The notes under the pieces: generated by a model | Databases searched by the model: none | What the model saw: only the letters and a program-made list of their open reading frames with translations | Told to the model about the DNA's origin: nothing | DNA from: Catajapyx aquilonaris | Taxonomy: Eukaryota | DNA: 45,231 nucleotides | Assembly: GCA_000934665.2 (NCBI GenBank) | Contig: JYFJ02003198.1 | Coordinates: 1-45,231, forward strand | Direction: 5' to 3' | Position numbers and translations under genes: made by a program | Part shown: positions 1-17,232 of the stretch, piece by piece | Layout of the letters: the number at the start of each line of letters is the position of its first letter | How positions within the stretch are numbered: position 1 is the first letter of the stretch

Positions 1-359
1 ATATATATATATATATATCCACGCTGATTATCTCGATAAGTGTTGATATGACATTTAAAAGCCATAGAGCAAAACTTTTCTGCCTTTATCTACTCTATAC
101 TGTAGCCTATATGGTCCCCAGCTAATTCTTCCAAAAGGTTTAGAACATGTTTCAAGGACTAACCTAAATATGATCCTGTCACACTGTCACACTGCATTCA
201 TAATAATATGGCCTGGTGTGGTTATTCATTCAGATTCCAGAAAAGAATATTCACAGTGAAACATTTTTACAAAGCTCAAGTTACATTTGAAAAACCAGCA
301 GGGAGAAACTTTCCGGACCATTCTGTTATTACTCATCATAAAAACATATACAATAACTA

Positions 360-1040
360 GTGGGTGTTCCGTAATAATAATTCAAAAAACATTCTAGGAG
401 AAACTCCTTGGGATCAGAGGATCACTTCATGTAGCGGTATCACTTGGTATCCTCATCTTCGTTACTGAAACAACTGTCTTCATGAACAAAAAACAACAAC
501 ATATTAGTCAAATAATTATCATGGCAGGTATGCGTCCCTCCGCGAGACCGTGGATGCACATTTAAGATTTAGGTGTAACAATGCAATTTTATTTAAATTC
601 GATCTCATTAGACGATGGAAGTGTTGTTGCTTGAATCCACGACATGGTGGGTTCATGAACCGCAGGCGTTATGACTTTTGCTGCCACACCGTAGTAATCA
701 TGACCAAGAACAAGTAGGCTAAACAGGAAAAGGTGCTAGAATTTATATGACATCTGTCCTATAACTACTATAAGTGAGGTTTTGGGCAGCGGGAGCGAGG
801 AATCAGGAAAATAACTCTGAAAACCCACCCGAATGAGGAGAGAACTCCTCGAAAAATACGAGAAAATTCCATGAGCATAATTACCGTATTGAGATGTAAC
901 TGTCTTTGTTTTAATGCATATAATACCGATAAGGACACTGCGGCGGGGACTAAACGACACCTCTACAAAAAGTTATCCTCTGATGCCCTGATCGTCAGGT
1001 GCCATACAAAGTTGTCAGAATCATAGCGGATCACACTGTA
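360..1040. mobile_element. Degenerate Tc1/mariner-like MITE (CAGGGTGT-type ends)
   Basis: Left GGGTGTTCCG (~362) and right CGGATCACACTGTA (1027-1040) are degenerate inverted termini resembling the intact CAGGGTGT families later in the window. Confidence 0.3.
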
Positions 1041-1316
1041 TAACTGCCAGTAACGTTGGATTCAATGTGAACATTTTTGCCGTTTTCGCAATTTTATCAT
1101 ACGATGAAAATAAATTGCATAAAGCATTACTTTCTGTCCAGTTATATGCAATGTACAATCTGAATGTAGCCTACTTGGATCGTTGGACCTTTTTAATAAG
1201 ACGTGTAGACATTCCATATACCGTCAAACTGGGTGAGATTGTGCCAGCGCATTTTTTGGACAACATGCGCCCTACCGCCAATTTTACTTGTCATTGCCAA
1301 CCTCGACCATCCCTTA

Positions 1317-1443
1317 TGCCTGGTTGCACCAACAAAATTACCGGTCCGATAGCTCCTAACGGACCGATAGCACATGTTAAAAGGTCTACCTATCTGTCCA
1401 TTAGGAGCTATCGGACCGGTAATTTTGTTGGTGGAACCAGGCA
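1317..1443. mobile_element. 127-bp palindromic PIF/Harbinger-like MITE, copy 1
   Basis: TTA|TGCCTGGTTGCACCAACAAAATTACCGGTCCGATAGCTCCTAA...TTAGGAGCTATCGGACCGGTAATTTTGTTGGTGGAACCAGGCA|TTA; 3-bp TTA TSD; second copy at 11106-11232. Confidence 0.8.
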
Positions 1444-1843
1444 TTAATGTAGTGAAACATGTCTATATTCGCGAGTTTACGGCTGCTGCCACTGTTGTCC
1501 AAAAATGCTATGACACAATCTCACCCCGCCTGGCACATCTCACATCATCTCTCTCTCTGACGGTAGACTATCGTTTATACACCTCTTACATTTTACACAA
1601 CCCCTACAAATATAGTCTGGCCGTGTCATTTGTAATTCACTGAAGAATATCTGTTAATTTCATTGATATTATAATTAGCACTGTATTGTATTTTGAATAC
1701 TGTATGACTGAATATCCTGGTACTGTATTAATACTGAAGAACTGAAGTTACGGAATAATGAATATTTTAAATTTTTATTCAGCTATCTTCCTCATGTAGC
1801 TACAGTATGCCCACTTGATTATGATATACTTATATATTTTCAG

Positions 1844-5618
<3,775 letters not shown>

Positions 5619-6779
5619 ACCAGTTTCTTCAAAAATCCCCGTCTAGCCTAATCCTGCTGGACATGTCGCAATGTCATTATGGCCGATAAGCCAAATGGCG
5701 GTTCGGAATTTCCGGAATACTTAGGAAGACAGAAAATCTTTTCCGAAAAAAAATATATAAAAACACACGTTGCGCTGTCCTGCACAACACGAAGCGCACA
5801 CTGGGCAACAAAATAGTTTCAACGACCTGTCATTGTGTGGCATATCTTTGTGTTTTGTACTTACTACAACAAATAAATAAACGCAATAGTTGTCAGAGTT
5901 TTAAAAAAAATGCGTCCCAGAGTACCTTTAGCATTAAATTGGTACTGGACCAATCAGAGAGGACTCAGAGTCGTCCCTCCTTAGCTCGAGTCCGATCCAA
6001 AGCGACCACTTTCATTCATTCGTCGCACGCAACCAGATCGTCAGCTGGATAGGCAGAGTTGCAGCTAATCCGGAATTGTCCAAGTAAGTCATTATCTTCT
6101 TACTAAGTGCCTGGGTTTCGCAATGTAGACTAAAAGCAGGTACGAAAGAGGATTTTCTCGATTTTGAAGAGTTAATGGACACAGGCGTCAAGATACTGGT
6201 ATAGACATTTTGGAGGTAGACAAAGGCCACGTGCATTTCGTGCAGTTGGTTTAGTGGTCAGCAAACAATTTTCCGTATACTGAACAGGTACGTTACATAC
6301 GACATAAATTAATTAAAAATCGGCGTCTGGACCAGACAAAAGTTCCGACTATCTAGTGTTCGTAAAAACAGGCTAGCAGATGTAATTAGTATCGTGTTTA
6401 CTTGCCGGTACTTCTGGCGTTGAGAGCTCCCATAAATTCCAAATATACTGCCTGATTCTGCAATAATGTCGCATGTAAATGATCGCAACCTGATAGTGTT
6501 GTGCAGCTGTAAAGGGCTTGCAACCTTCACCAAGGCCCAATTATTCTGCGGTTTATTATTTACGTAATAAGTGGGATCATTACACTGACACTTCGCATGA
6601 GGTGAGCTCAATGGCCGTCATGCATTTAGATGTGTCCTAGTAGCCTACTATTGCGATATAATATCAGTACATATGGGATCGTAACTTTCACGCATAATTA
6701 TACAGTATATACCTATAACAAAAGCCGACGAGGTGATGACTGTTCCGGTACGGTGCTTGACACCGTCTGAGGAAGATCT

Positions 6780-7170
6780 AAACTTCAGGATATCAGGTTC
6801 GTATCGGAAGCGGAAATGTTCGTGTAGTATAGATCAAGTCTACCAAATATCAGTCGGTATATAAAGGCACGCATTGAAATGTAGTCACGACATAGAAGTT
6901 ACATATTGTGGGGCAATGCGGATAATGCAGCATTTGTTTAGCGTTTGCAGCACCTGTGCTGAACTAACAGGCTGGTTTGTTACGTAACTGTTACGGTATT
7001 TTAACACACGAATAGCAAATAAGGCTTATTACGGCTTATTTCTATTCTTCCGCGCGCTTTGTAGCTGATATTTGTTTTGAAATTAATTTGAAAAAGTAGC
7101 CTACTGTACACGTACGCCATACGTGCCGGCCGGAAATGGAGATGCGAATGACATGCATGCCCGCGGATAA
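6780..7170 (+). promoter_or_regulatory. Candidate promoter / 5'UTR region of the SLC37 gene
   Basis: CpG-richer stretch with ETS-like CGGAAGCGGAAA (~6805) and CCGGAAA (~7130), an Inr-like ATCAGTC and TATATAAA (~6850-6865). The first coding exon needs an upstream exon. The TSS is not demonstrable from sequence. Confidence 0.25.
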
Positions 7171-9182
7171 TAAAGAAAGTATAAGTTACAGTGGATCATG
7201 TAATGCATTGTGCTGTCGGTATTATATGGAAAGTTTTTACAAAGGGAAGCACTGCATTTCATGGTAATGTCGAAATTATTTGACTGAGTTTTTTGGCATC
7301 ATGATTGCTTAATTCCGCACTAATTGAATGGGTAAGATGTCATTACTATCAGTGCTATGGGTTGGTATTCTCTATACAAAAGTTAGGTTTTGTTAGCAAA
7401 ACTGCAGCATTGCTGGTTAATCCCCTCCATTGTATTAAAGGTCAATATTTCGTGACATATTTTGATTGTACGTCACTTTCTCTCGATGACTATTTCCTAG
7501 ATTTATGAATAATTCATTGAAAAAAGTCCCCTGTTATATTGAGTCATGTGATCATGAGGTGGATGTATGAGTTGTACCAGTATGTGCCGGATGCCCGAAA
7601 AACAAAAATACGCAACTGATATCGGCACGGTATTTATCTGGTAGTAAAGGATAATATCTTCAGAGATGTCAGGTGTCAGCATTAATTTGTGACATGCATA
7701 AAATGTGAGCAGTCTCCGGCCAGTACTCTAGCCTACTCCCAAGTATAGTGGGGGAGATTATTGTAATAACCTTGGCCTGCAGTCCCCATTTATGACACCT
7801 GACCCAAAAGAGTTCCAGCCACAGTGCAATGAAAATATGCAGACATGAATATAGTCTATAGTGGAACCAACGTGAAAAAGCAATTCCCACGCACCGCCTT
7901 ATCTAAAATTATCCAACCCAACTCTCGATAGCCCAGTCGCAGTAATTAAACCTCGGGGATCGAACTTGAAACTTGAGAGATGGGAGGTCGTCACCACTAT
8001 GGCACCGTCTAATCGCCCTCAGTTATAGCGGTGACTGTCTGTATAGTCTAGAGTATAGTGAATAAAGATAAGCCAATGGGTGTGATCTGTCTGTTCATGT
8101 TGGTGCCACTACATTTTGTACTTGCTTAACTACATTGAATTTTGACCTTAACCTGCATGACTGACGAAATCGGAACTTGTGGCATACAGTAGGGGCTAAA
8201 TGGGCGTTACTTTCATTAATGGCTCTCGAGTACATTTTTGCAACATTTCTGCGGACCAAATGGGATCCGGTTCAAGCCAGACGTCCACAAGTGTCCACAA
8301 TGGGCGGGAGTGTCTGTTTTGCTACGACAACCAGGATGAATAGTGACGGGCAAATCAGTCACAGTCACGACGAGAAAGGGTATATTTCTGTGGCAGCTAG
8401 ATTTTACGTGGATACTACAGCATTGGGTGGGGTTTGGGAGGGACCATAGGGGTGGTACAAGAGCATGGATTTCCATTCACTAAAGAGGTGCCAATTATCA
8501 TTCACCGCTCTGACGACAATATGCCTTTGTATTCCCCCCTTGGCGAGTCCTTGTCAGCATCACGGACATGAGTCAAGAGGGCGGGTAAATAACAACTTTC
8601 CGGAATCCTATCTGCGAAAAGAGTAAATAACTTTCATAATATTGGCACAGTTTCCACATTGCCTCGGTGTTAAGATATTTCATCAAAACCCATTTCGTAT
8701 AGTACACATAAGCTTTACCTGCCATTGAACATAATGTTGTAAGACATCTTCACAAAATTTTCTGAGAATAACACATGTCGACTTATACCGCTGATTGAAT
8801 ATTCCTACTCATGCACGGGCACGAATACATCTTCAATTGTGTCCTTATACTTAGCAGCGGCCGCCTCAAAACAATAACAGCAGTCACGTCAACGGTCACC
8901 ACACAAAGGTATGTTTTCTCTTCCTGACAGACGGTTGATTAACTAAGGCAATAATGGCATGTCCGCGTGTTGCATTGGGCCTTGGTAGGTCATAATACCG
9001 GGGAAGATGACGTATGCAACAATATATGCTGTCTGATTGTATCTGCGCGCATATTTTCTGGTAGTGACATATATCGGAACATCATCAATCCTCTGGTTAG
9101 TAAATATCCCGGCTCTCAGCAGGACCAAGCACGGAATATTGCTGACTATAGTATTTTTCTTTGTCACTTGAAGGTGCCCACC

Positions 9183-12100
9183 ATGGCTAATACTCCGATT
9201 CTGATCCTGGTCATCCGGAAGCTGTCATCTCGATTATGCCCCTTTGCATCCTCAAGGATCAGCCGAGATGCTTGGTAAGTTTGTTTCAAGGACTCGGCAC
9301 ATCAATGTTAACGACCGAATGTGCGTAATTAACACGTGCGTGATTTCCTTGCAGGTACCGCATCTTGGTCTTGGTCATCACATTTATAGCTTACACTGGT
9401 TATCACATGTCCCGAAGGCCTTTCAGTGTTGTCAAACCCGTCCTTAGCCAAAATTGTTCCGATATTCATCAAATTTCGGTACAAGATATGGCGCGAAATT
9501 CAAACAGCTCCACGTGGTGTGACTGGGCACCTTTTGGTAAGTTAACACGGATTTCACATCTTGGACATTACACACTGATAAGGATTAAGGGTCGTTTACA
9601 TAGCCTGAGAGAACAATAGCACGAGGGAGTAATGGACTCAATATCAATTGACGTAAGAAGGTAATGCATAAAAATTATATAGGTAGTGAAAACTCCAAGT
9701 TTCGTCAACATTACTGAGTGTGGTCAGAGTTATGCAACAGTCAAGTTTCTCTATTAATAGCGTACTCTAAACAATGCACGCTTCCAGCCCACGGACAGTT
9801 ATACTACGTTCTGGCGTTATCACCTGCCGAGGCATTTTGCAGCGATTTCTCACCTGAGACCGCCATGAGACATTTCGGAGCCTCGACAAGTGGCGACCCT
9901 ACCGGACCAAGGTTGAACTTTATAGGTACGAAAGGGGGGGGGCTGCATGATGACCCAACATGGCCGCCGGCGGCCATGTTGGGCCCCCCAATGTAGCCCC
10001 CCCTTTCGTACCTATAAAGTTCAACCTTGGTCCGGTAGGGTCGCCACTTGTCGTGGCTCCGAAATGTCTCATGGCGGTCTCAGGTGAGAACTCGCTGAAA
10101 AACGCCCCGGCAGTGGGGGGGTGGGAGTGACCTAACCTGTCTTCTATAACCATGCACGCTTCATACCCTTTTCTCAGGATTGCTTATTTAAAAAGCTGCT
10201 TAGGTTAGGAGTATAGGCTACATATCCAAAGTTGCACAATTTCATAACAGCTGCGCAATATTTAAAGTGAATATTGAAAAGAAATATACATTATAATTAT
10301 TATCCAAACATGCATGCGGTGCAAGGGTTTTAGACCACCGTTGTAAAACCCATTATATGAGCTAGGTTTTATACTGTAGTTTCCGCGGATGACGATTTGG
10401 TTGATATGAGATCTGTGCACTGTTTAAGTGTAATTTTGGAGACAGACTTTTCAAGCGGATTGATTTTTTTTTGTACCAGTTTCATTTTGTCAGATTTTTT
10501 TTCAACCGTTTTTTTTCCCTTTGTATTTGACTTTTTAGGAAGGTAAATTGGTGACACGGGGCACATGATTAAAAAACTCTACCACGTATTAATCTGGTAT
10601 ATCGGTCTAGTTTCATTCATGGACACTTGCATTGTGAGTTAAAATACCTGAATGTATCCCCAAATATTTCTGCTCATATAATTCTACTGAAACTCGAAAA
10701 CCACAAGAAAACTGTGAGACAACATATGGAATAGCAGCTAAATGACTTACTATCACGAAATCGCCCCCAATCTTCTTTACAGGATAGTGTAGTCTGCTAC
10801 AGTTGAGCTGCGCTGTGCACTACCTTGTCTCTTTTTAGTCTGTTGTACGCAAAAACAGTGGGGTTTAGATTAGTGACATCATTGCCGCGTTGAACTTCTC
10901 CCCGCCAAATTGCGCAGGAAATAAGTGCAGTTGCACTTGACCAGCCGGAGCCCAAGTTAATGTACCATGCAGCTTGCAATCATTACACAAATAGTACTTT
11001 GCATAATGGAACTGCTGTTATTCTTGCAGGACGACAAATTAATAACAATTCATAATTCATAACAATATAAGGGCAAACACATATCTGAATCTAAACCACG
11101 ATCTATGGCTGATTGCACCAACGAAATTACCGATTCGATAGCTCCTAACAGACCGTTAGGACACGTTAAAAAGGCTGCTAACGATCCATTAGGAGCTATC
11201 GGATCGGTCATTTCGGTTGGTGTAATCGGGCACTAAACCTTGCCCTGGTGCAACCCGCCCTTAATCTGCCGTGACATTAGATTTTTTGAGGGATTTCTTT
11301 TTTGCACTATTCTCATAAAATGTGAACTTGTGAAGTCCTGCTGGGTATAATCTTTCACCGAGTGCACGTGGCATTCTTCCCAGGGGCATTATACTCGATC
11401 TCGAAAAGTTCATTGGTGCATCTTTGACCAGCCAGACTATGATTAATATAAGACCTTTAACTGAGTGACCTTCACATGGTGTATATGGTCATCTCCAGTT
11501 TGTCACAGTTAGAAATATGCTCTAATCGACATGATGTTATAGTGTTCAGAAGTAGTTACAAATCTATGCCACCATAAGTATGGACATAAAGTATTGTCTT
11601 TTGGGGGAAATTCTTGAACCTTTTACAGTCAAATTAGTCAAATAAGGCTTACTTACTTTTGAAATGCAGTAGGGCTAGTAAGATTTATTAGTAGCTCACT
11701 TAAGTTTGCACTCATTTATCCACACTTCCTTATTATAATGTGTGAAATTAGCTAGCAATATATATACAGTGTACTTCGAGTACAGTAGCTAGGTACTGTA
11801 CTGCACAGTACATTTATTGGTATAGGTCAGTTAGAACGTCCATATTATTCTTACAGACGCATTATCTACCTGTAACTTTGTACTAGATGGGACAAGTAGT
11901 TATCCAGTTCAGATACTGGTGCTGTATATTTTTTGATAGTAGGCTACAGTGTGTTATTACATACGGTATATGTGTACAACATTAAACATATATGTGTACA
12001 ACATTAAACATATATGTGTACAACATTAAACATATATGTGTACAACATTACATGTATACCGGTACCTACATGTACAACATTACACGATAAAAAGCATATA

Positions 12101-15079
12101 TCTCAACAAATTGTCATTATTATAGTAATCATAAATGCATTCATAGTATTACTGATAATTAATTAAACTGGGATGATTTCAGATCAAGCAAATGCGAAGG
12201 CCCTCTTAGGGCTTATAGACTCCTGTTTCCTCTCTGCTTATGCTATTGGGATGTTCTTCAGGTAAGTTGGTTTATTAAGCATCATCACCTACAAAGAGGG
12301 CCTAACAATATTTCACTGTCATGTTTTAGTGGTTATGTGGCTGAAAGAGTGAACCTCAGATACTTCCTGACCGTTGGCATGCTCTTGTCGGGCATTTTCA
12401 CTGCACTTTTTGGAATTGCCCGACCTTTGGGACTTCATACTCTTTCATATTTTGCAGTTATCCAGGTTGGTATACACTAAGACCTCCAGAAAAGATCTGA
12501 TTAGAAAATAAGTTAAATAACCTGCCCCTGCTCTGAAATGTAACTTATAAAGGGCACTGCTACAGTTCTCCAGGAATGGCCACCCAGCCTAGTTTTATCT
12601 GGTTTTATGAATTTTTTAAAACGTTCAGCAGTGCTCATAGAACTCCGGAGTAAGTGTTGCAATGACAGGCGATTTAATTGGGAGTGGGGTGTGCCCCTAG
12701 AGCCTAGAGCATTATAATTTTGTAAATAACTATGGAAGGCCATCTTGTACAAGTACACTACCGTACTTCTATGGAAGTCTGCATCACATGGCATCACATT
12801 AAGTAGTAATTATTAGTGTCAGGCTATTTTCCATCTTGCTTACAAGAAATTAAAATGAATTTTTGATATCAAGTGCAAACGAACGGAGCAGCAGTGAGAT
12901 GCACTACTCACATTATTATGTAATACAAGACATATAAATGGGCCAATGAAAAAAGGGGGCAACAAAAGTAAGAGAGACAAAACACTTGTGACACAATCAA
13001 GCTAAAATACACTATTCCGAGTTAATACAATGTCATTCCTTCTTCCTAATCATAGGTGATTGCTGGGATAGTGCAAGCAACTGGTTGGCCAGCAGTTGTC
13101 ACAGCAGTTGCAAACTGGTTTGGTAAAGGAAAGCGAGGTATGCATCATATATTCCATGTCCATTGTCCAACCTTACACTTAGCATTGGAAATGTAGGAAT
13201 ATAGTAATATATTTGGTTCCTTCAGGTCTGGTGTTTGGAATATGGAATTCACACACATCAATTGGGAACATCTTGGGCACAGTGTTGGCCAGTACCTTTG
13301 TAGAGTACAATTGGGGCCTTTCTTTCATTGTCCCAGGAGCCATCTTAATCGTCATGGCAATTATGGTCTTCCTGTTCCTAGTCCCACATCCACAAGATGT
13401 TGGTTGTACTCCACCTCAGCATCATACCCAACAGAAAGAAAAAATCAGTGATGAAAAGCAGTTAGCAGGTGAGGGCCAAGCTATTGGCCCACTGGCAGCT
13501 CTTCGTATACCTGTAAGTTATCATCTTTTTTTGGTAACACTGTGAGTACAATCACAAGCAAAGAGTAGGTAACTATATTACCTCAGCATGACCCTTGAAA
13601 TCATCTGGCAAGCCCCTTAGTGGCATCCATATGATGAAATATAATTATGCATATATTCTAGAAACTTAAGTTGTCGTGTTATTATTGTTTCCTCCTGCTG
13701 CCAATAAGCTTTTCATGACAAGGCATCTACTTTCTATTTGTGACTGAAACTGAACTATAAAGTTATTATCATATTTCTCATGCTTGTAGGGAGTGGTGGA
13801 GTTTTCCCTTTGCCTGTTCTTTTGCAAGCTGGTCAGCTACACTTTCTTGTACTGGTTACCAATGTACATTTCAGCCTCCAGTAAGTGTAATATGAAAAGT
13901 AGTGTATTTATGACAAGCCCAAAACATTAATTACGGTAATTGTTTCATTGCAGCTACATTTGGGGCTCGACAGAGTGGTGATATGTCCACCTTGTTTGAT
14001 GTTGGAGGTATAATTGGAGGAATATTGGCTGGTGTCATCAGTGATGCATTTGATTGCAATGCAATCATATGTGCTGTCATGATGTTGTTCTCCATCCCTG
14101 TTGTAAGATATCTCAAGCAATGTGCAGGGTGTTTCATAATGAATTGATCAGACTCAGTTCTAGGTTTAACCCATGGGAACCATAAGGTCCCTTCATGTTG
14201 AGGTGTCATTTGATCTCCAGGAAATCCTATGTTGCAGATACAATCTCAGTAACTGCCTGTTACACCTAATGAGATTACAGTTTAAATTGAAATGGTATAA
14301 CATAAAATGCAAGTTCCCTTGTAGGGACACCTACTCACCAAGATATTTAATATACAAGTTATCTTGTGTTTGAAACCCATTACCATGGTAATGAGGCTGA
14401 GGGAGAGACTACTATTTTGACATCTCTTCATGAAGGTGCCCTGGTTTCATTCTAGAAGTTTGCCCAAACTATTACAAAACATCCTGTATAAAAACCACCT
14501 TATTACTGTAGTCAGGCATCCGTTGTGACTAATGATTGGCTCTTTTCGAAGCTGCTTCTGTATTGGTGGCTGGGAGCATGGTCTATTGGTGTGAACATAG
14601 CCCTCCTGATGATTGCCGGTGTGCTTGTCAATGGTCCTTATGCACTCATTACCACTGCTGTTTCTGCTGAGTTGGGTACCCATCCAAAACTTCAGAACAG
14701 TGCACATGCTCTGGCAACTGTCACAGCCATTATTGATGGTACTGGTTCCATAGGTCTGTATTACATTTAAGATAACTAGCAAGTGATCTGACCATATATG
14801 ATATAACATATTTTAAATCGACAGGTGCTGCTCTAGGCCCTTCAATTGCTGGATGGATAGCTAGTTTTGGATGGGGAAAGGTTTTCTACATGATGATAGT
14901 GTCTGAGATCTGTGCTTCTGTTGTAAGTTAATGCAAGCGATATCTGCCTTTCATCATGTGAATTAAATATATTTCCATTACAGGTGTTGCTTCGCTTGAT
15001 AGTCCAGGAAGTTAAAAGGCTGATGATTAGGATTAAAGAGAGAAAAAGAAGACCTGATTCAGAAATGACACGTCTGTGA
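9183..15079 (+). CDS. SLC37A2: SLC37A1/A2-type sugar-phosphate:Pi exchanger (MFS, OPA/GlpT-like), complete, 497 aa
   Basis: 11 phase-compatible GT-AG exons: 9183-9274, 9355-9536, 12183-12261, 12330-12465, 13056-13137, 13226-13512, 13790-13880, 13954-14102, 14552-14753, 14825-14922, 14984-15079 (TGA); total 1494 nt. SLC37 motifs AYTGYHMSRRPFSVVK, WCDWAPF, QATGWPAVV...NWFGKGKRGLVFGIWNSHTSIGNILG, ALRIPGVVEFSLCLFFCKLVSYTFLYWLP, STLFDVGGIIGG, NGPYALITTAVSAELG and TAIIDGTGSIGAALGP. An acceptor at 9171-9173 implies an upstream non-coding exon. A1 versus A2 orthology cannot be resolved by eye. Confidence 0.93.
9821..10115. mobile_element. ~290-bp zero-spacer palindrome (foldback MITE-like) in SLC37 intron
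   Basis: Arms are symmetric about 9968/9969 (CATGGCCGCC|GGCGGCCATG); CTGCCG at 9824 pairs with CGGCAG ending 10113; long near-perfect pairing; no clear TSD. Confidence 0.75.
11106..11232. mobile_element. 127-bp palindromic PIF/Harbinger-like MITE, copy 2
   Basis: CTA|TGGCTGATTGCACCAACGAAATTACCG...GGTGTAATCGGGCA|CTA; same length and family as 1317-1443; 3-bp TSD. Confidence 0.75.
11968..12052. repeat. 22-bp minisatellite, ~4 copies
   Basis: ATATGTGTACAACATTAAACAT in tandem. Confidence 0.85.
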
Positions 15080-15590
15080 AGAGTATGAACAAAACTCTCA
15101 TTTTAAATTAATGTGGTATTAATTTTAAAAACTTCTGATACTTAACATACAACCAAGCAAATGGTTGTTAATAAGTTTTGTGTTGTCCAATCAAAATGCT
15201 ATGTGGTTGTATTACACAGTTTAGGCACTACCTGTACAACATTTACTGGTACTTCAGTTTATGAAGTATACCATACCTTTGTTGTTAGCTTAATATTGTA
15301 CCTGCAAATTATGTTGCTCAAGTTTTTTAATAGCCAATATTGATGTAATTGAAAAAAATATACTTGGGTTGTTCCAATGAAAATAACCTTAAGGTCATTC
15401 CAAGTTAAAATTTAATACTATGTAGGGGAGACCGGGGTACAGTGGTCCACTTTTGAACATTTGAATTTTTATAAGAGCTCCTGTTATGCCTACACACCCA
15501 ATATTTTCCAGCATGGTGGAGGTACTCATTGGTAATATAAGTGACTAATATATTCATAGGCAGTGGCATCCATTTGGCTTAAAAAAAATG

Positions 15591-15831
15591 GAGGTGCTCA
15601 GAGGAAGAACGGCATATCCCAACCAGAGTTTGTTTTGAGCAAAGTGCCTTTTTGTGTTTTGCTTTACCATGCAGCTAAAGCTACGAACAAATTACAAGTG
15701 GAATATGTGAGCTTTAACATGTCCCAATTCATTTGTTACTTCAGCACATGAAAGGTAGATGGAAGGAGAGTACAAGTACAACTTAAAATTGGAGGTCGGT
15801 TGGGATATGCCATTCTTCCTCTGAGCGCCTC
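15591..15831. mobile_element. 241-bp MITE with GAG...CTC termini (Sola-like)
   Basis: 34-bp TIR GAGGTGCTCAGAGGAAGAACGGCATATCCCAACC / GGTTGGGATATGCCATTCTTCCTCTGAGCGCCTC; flanks AATG/AATT suggest a 4-bp AWWT-like TSD. Confidence 0.6.
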
Positions 15832-16289
15832 AATTTAGAATCTCTATGCAAATGAACCACTGTACTCCCATGGCTGGGGCCCCGTGGTCCAAAAGTCATT
15901 GGGACCCATGATTCACACAAGAAGGATATTAAATTTTTTATCGTACATCTAACCCCTCTAAATAAAATAGGAAATAATAATAAACTTTCTAAAACACCAT
16001 TCGGTTGAGTGGATGGAAAAGGTGCGGCACCTACACTGTGAAATGCAGCTTAATTGAGCAAACTGGTATCTGGCAAAATGAAATTGGAGTAAATTTTGAT
16101 TTGTTAAATTTCCACTGATGTGGAGGAGTAGTGCTTTGAACATTCCATGGCATTGATTTTGCAGACTTCAAATACTCTCATGGTTCATGGATTTCACTTT
16201 CACTTTCTCAGTGGCTAGTTTTTCAAGCAGTTCATCCTTTTATGGCCCTCTATATCTGGTATATGCAACCAGAGTAGTGAGTGAGAGAA

Positions 16290-16292
<3 letters not shown>

Positions 16293-16349
<57 letters not shown>
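16293..16349. repeat. (GA)n microsatellite
   Basis: Uninterrupted GA run. Confidence 0.95.
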
Positions 16350-16351
<2 letters not shown>

Positions 16352-17232
16352 GACATTGGAGAACCCCAAGAAAATCCACATAAACGGTTGAAGAATTTTC
16401 AAACCACTTTTCACATAATACAATCTCGGCTCAACACAGGAATTAAACACACGACGTGATGAAGGGACGACCTAGTCATGCAGTCATATCCTGGTCCTAA
16501 AATCTATGATACACAAATTCTTTATGTATCACAGATTTTTGGACCAGGATTGTCTCCCTCTCAATATTGGCCACGTGATTGTCTCAATGTTTAGTCAGAA
16601 CATAAGTGGGGGCGAAGTTTATCATGGTGGGAATTGGAGAAGAGATGGGGAGAGAACATTTGTGTATACTCCAAGTAAAATGACAAGTGTGAGCATAAAT
16701 AAATGCTTTTACTTGACAACAACAACTGTGGATACATTTTCATATCAATGCTGTTGATGGCAGTGTGCCCAATGTGTGCACAAAAATGAATTACCCAAAT
16801 TCTAGGGAGCAACACCAACTGAGACATTAAAAGAAAGTTATTAACTGAACCAACATGAAACAAATCTGGAGATTCTGAGCCAGTCATGTCTGGCTTAAGC
16901 TGTGTCCACAGGGGCAGTTATAGCCCTAGTTTTAGTGTTTTCATAATATGATATTACACTATCAAGGAGCTGCCAATAAGCACAGACCATCCTTATGTTT
17001 GATTGGGGAAAGGACAGAGTGGCCTGCGCTGATTGGCTTATAATTAAATAATATAATGGAAAAAAATAAATAACTGAAAGGGTGAAACTAGTACTAAAAC
17101 TACCTGTGGGGACACTTCAGTGTGCACAAGAAGAAGAAAAAAAAACCCTTAGAGATTTAACATAACATCAACATATGAAGCCAGTACGTAACTGGCCCAA
17201 CTCACTGGCAGGCTAAGCTTGTCCCATCTTCC

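Noticed and set aside
7955..8010. Further tRNA-like SINE heads (also ~21362-21425, ~38140)
   Set aside because: Too degenerate to define boundaries or TSDs.
16271..16349. AGTAGT/AGAGAG as a Polinton/Maverick terminus
   Set aside because: No matching opposite terminus and no polymerase, integrase or capsid remnants; a simple microsatellite explains it.
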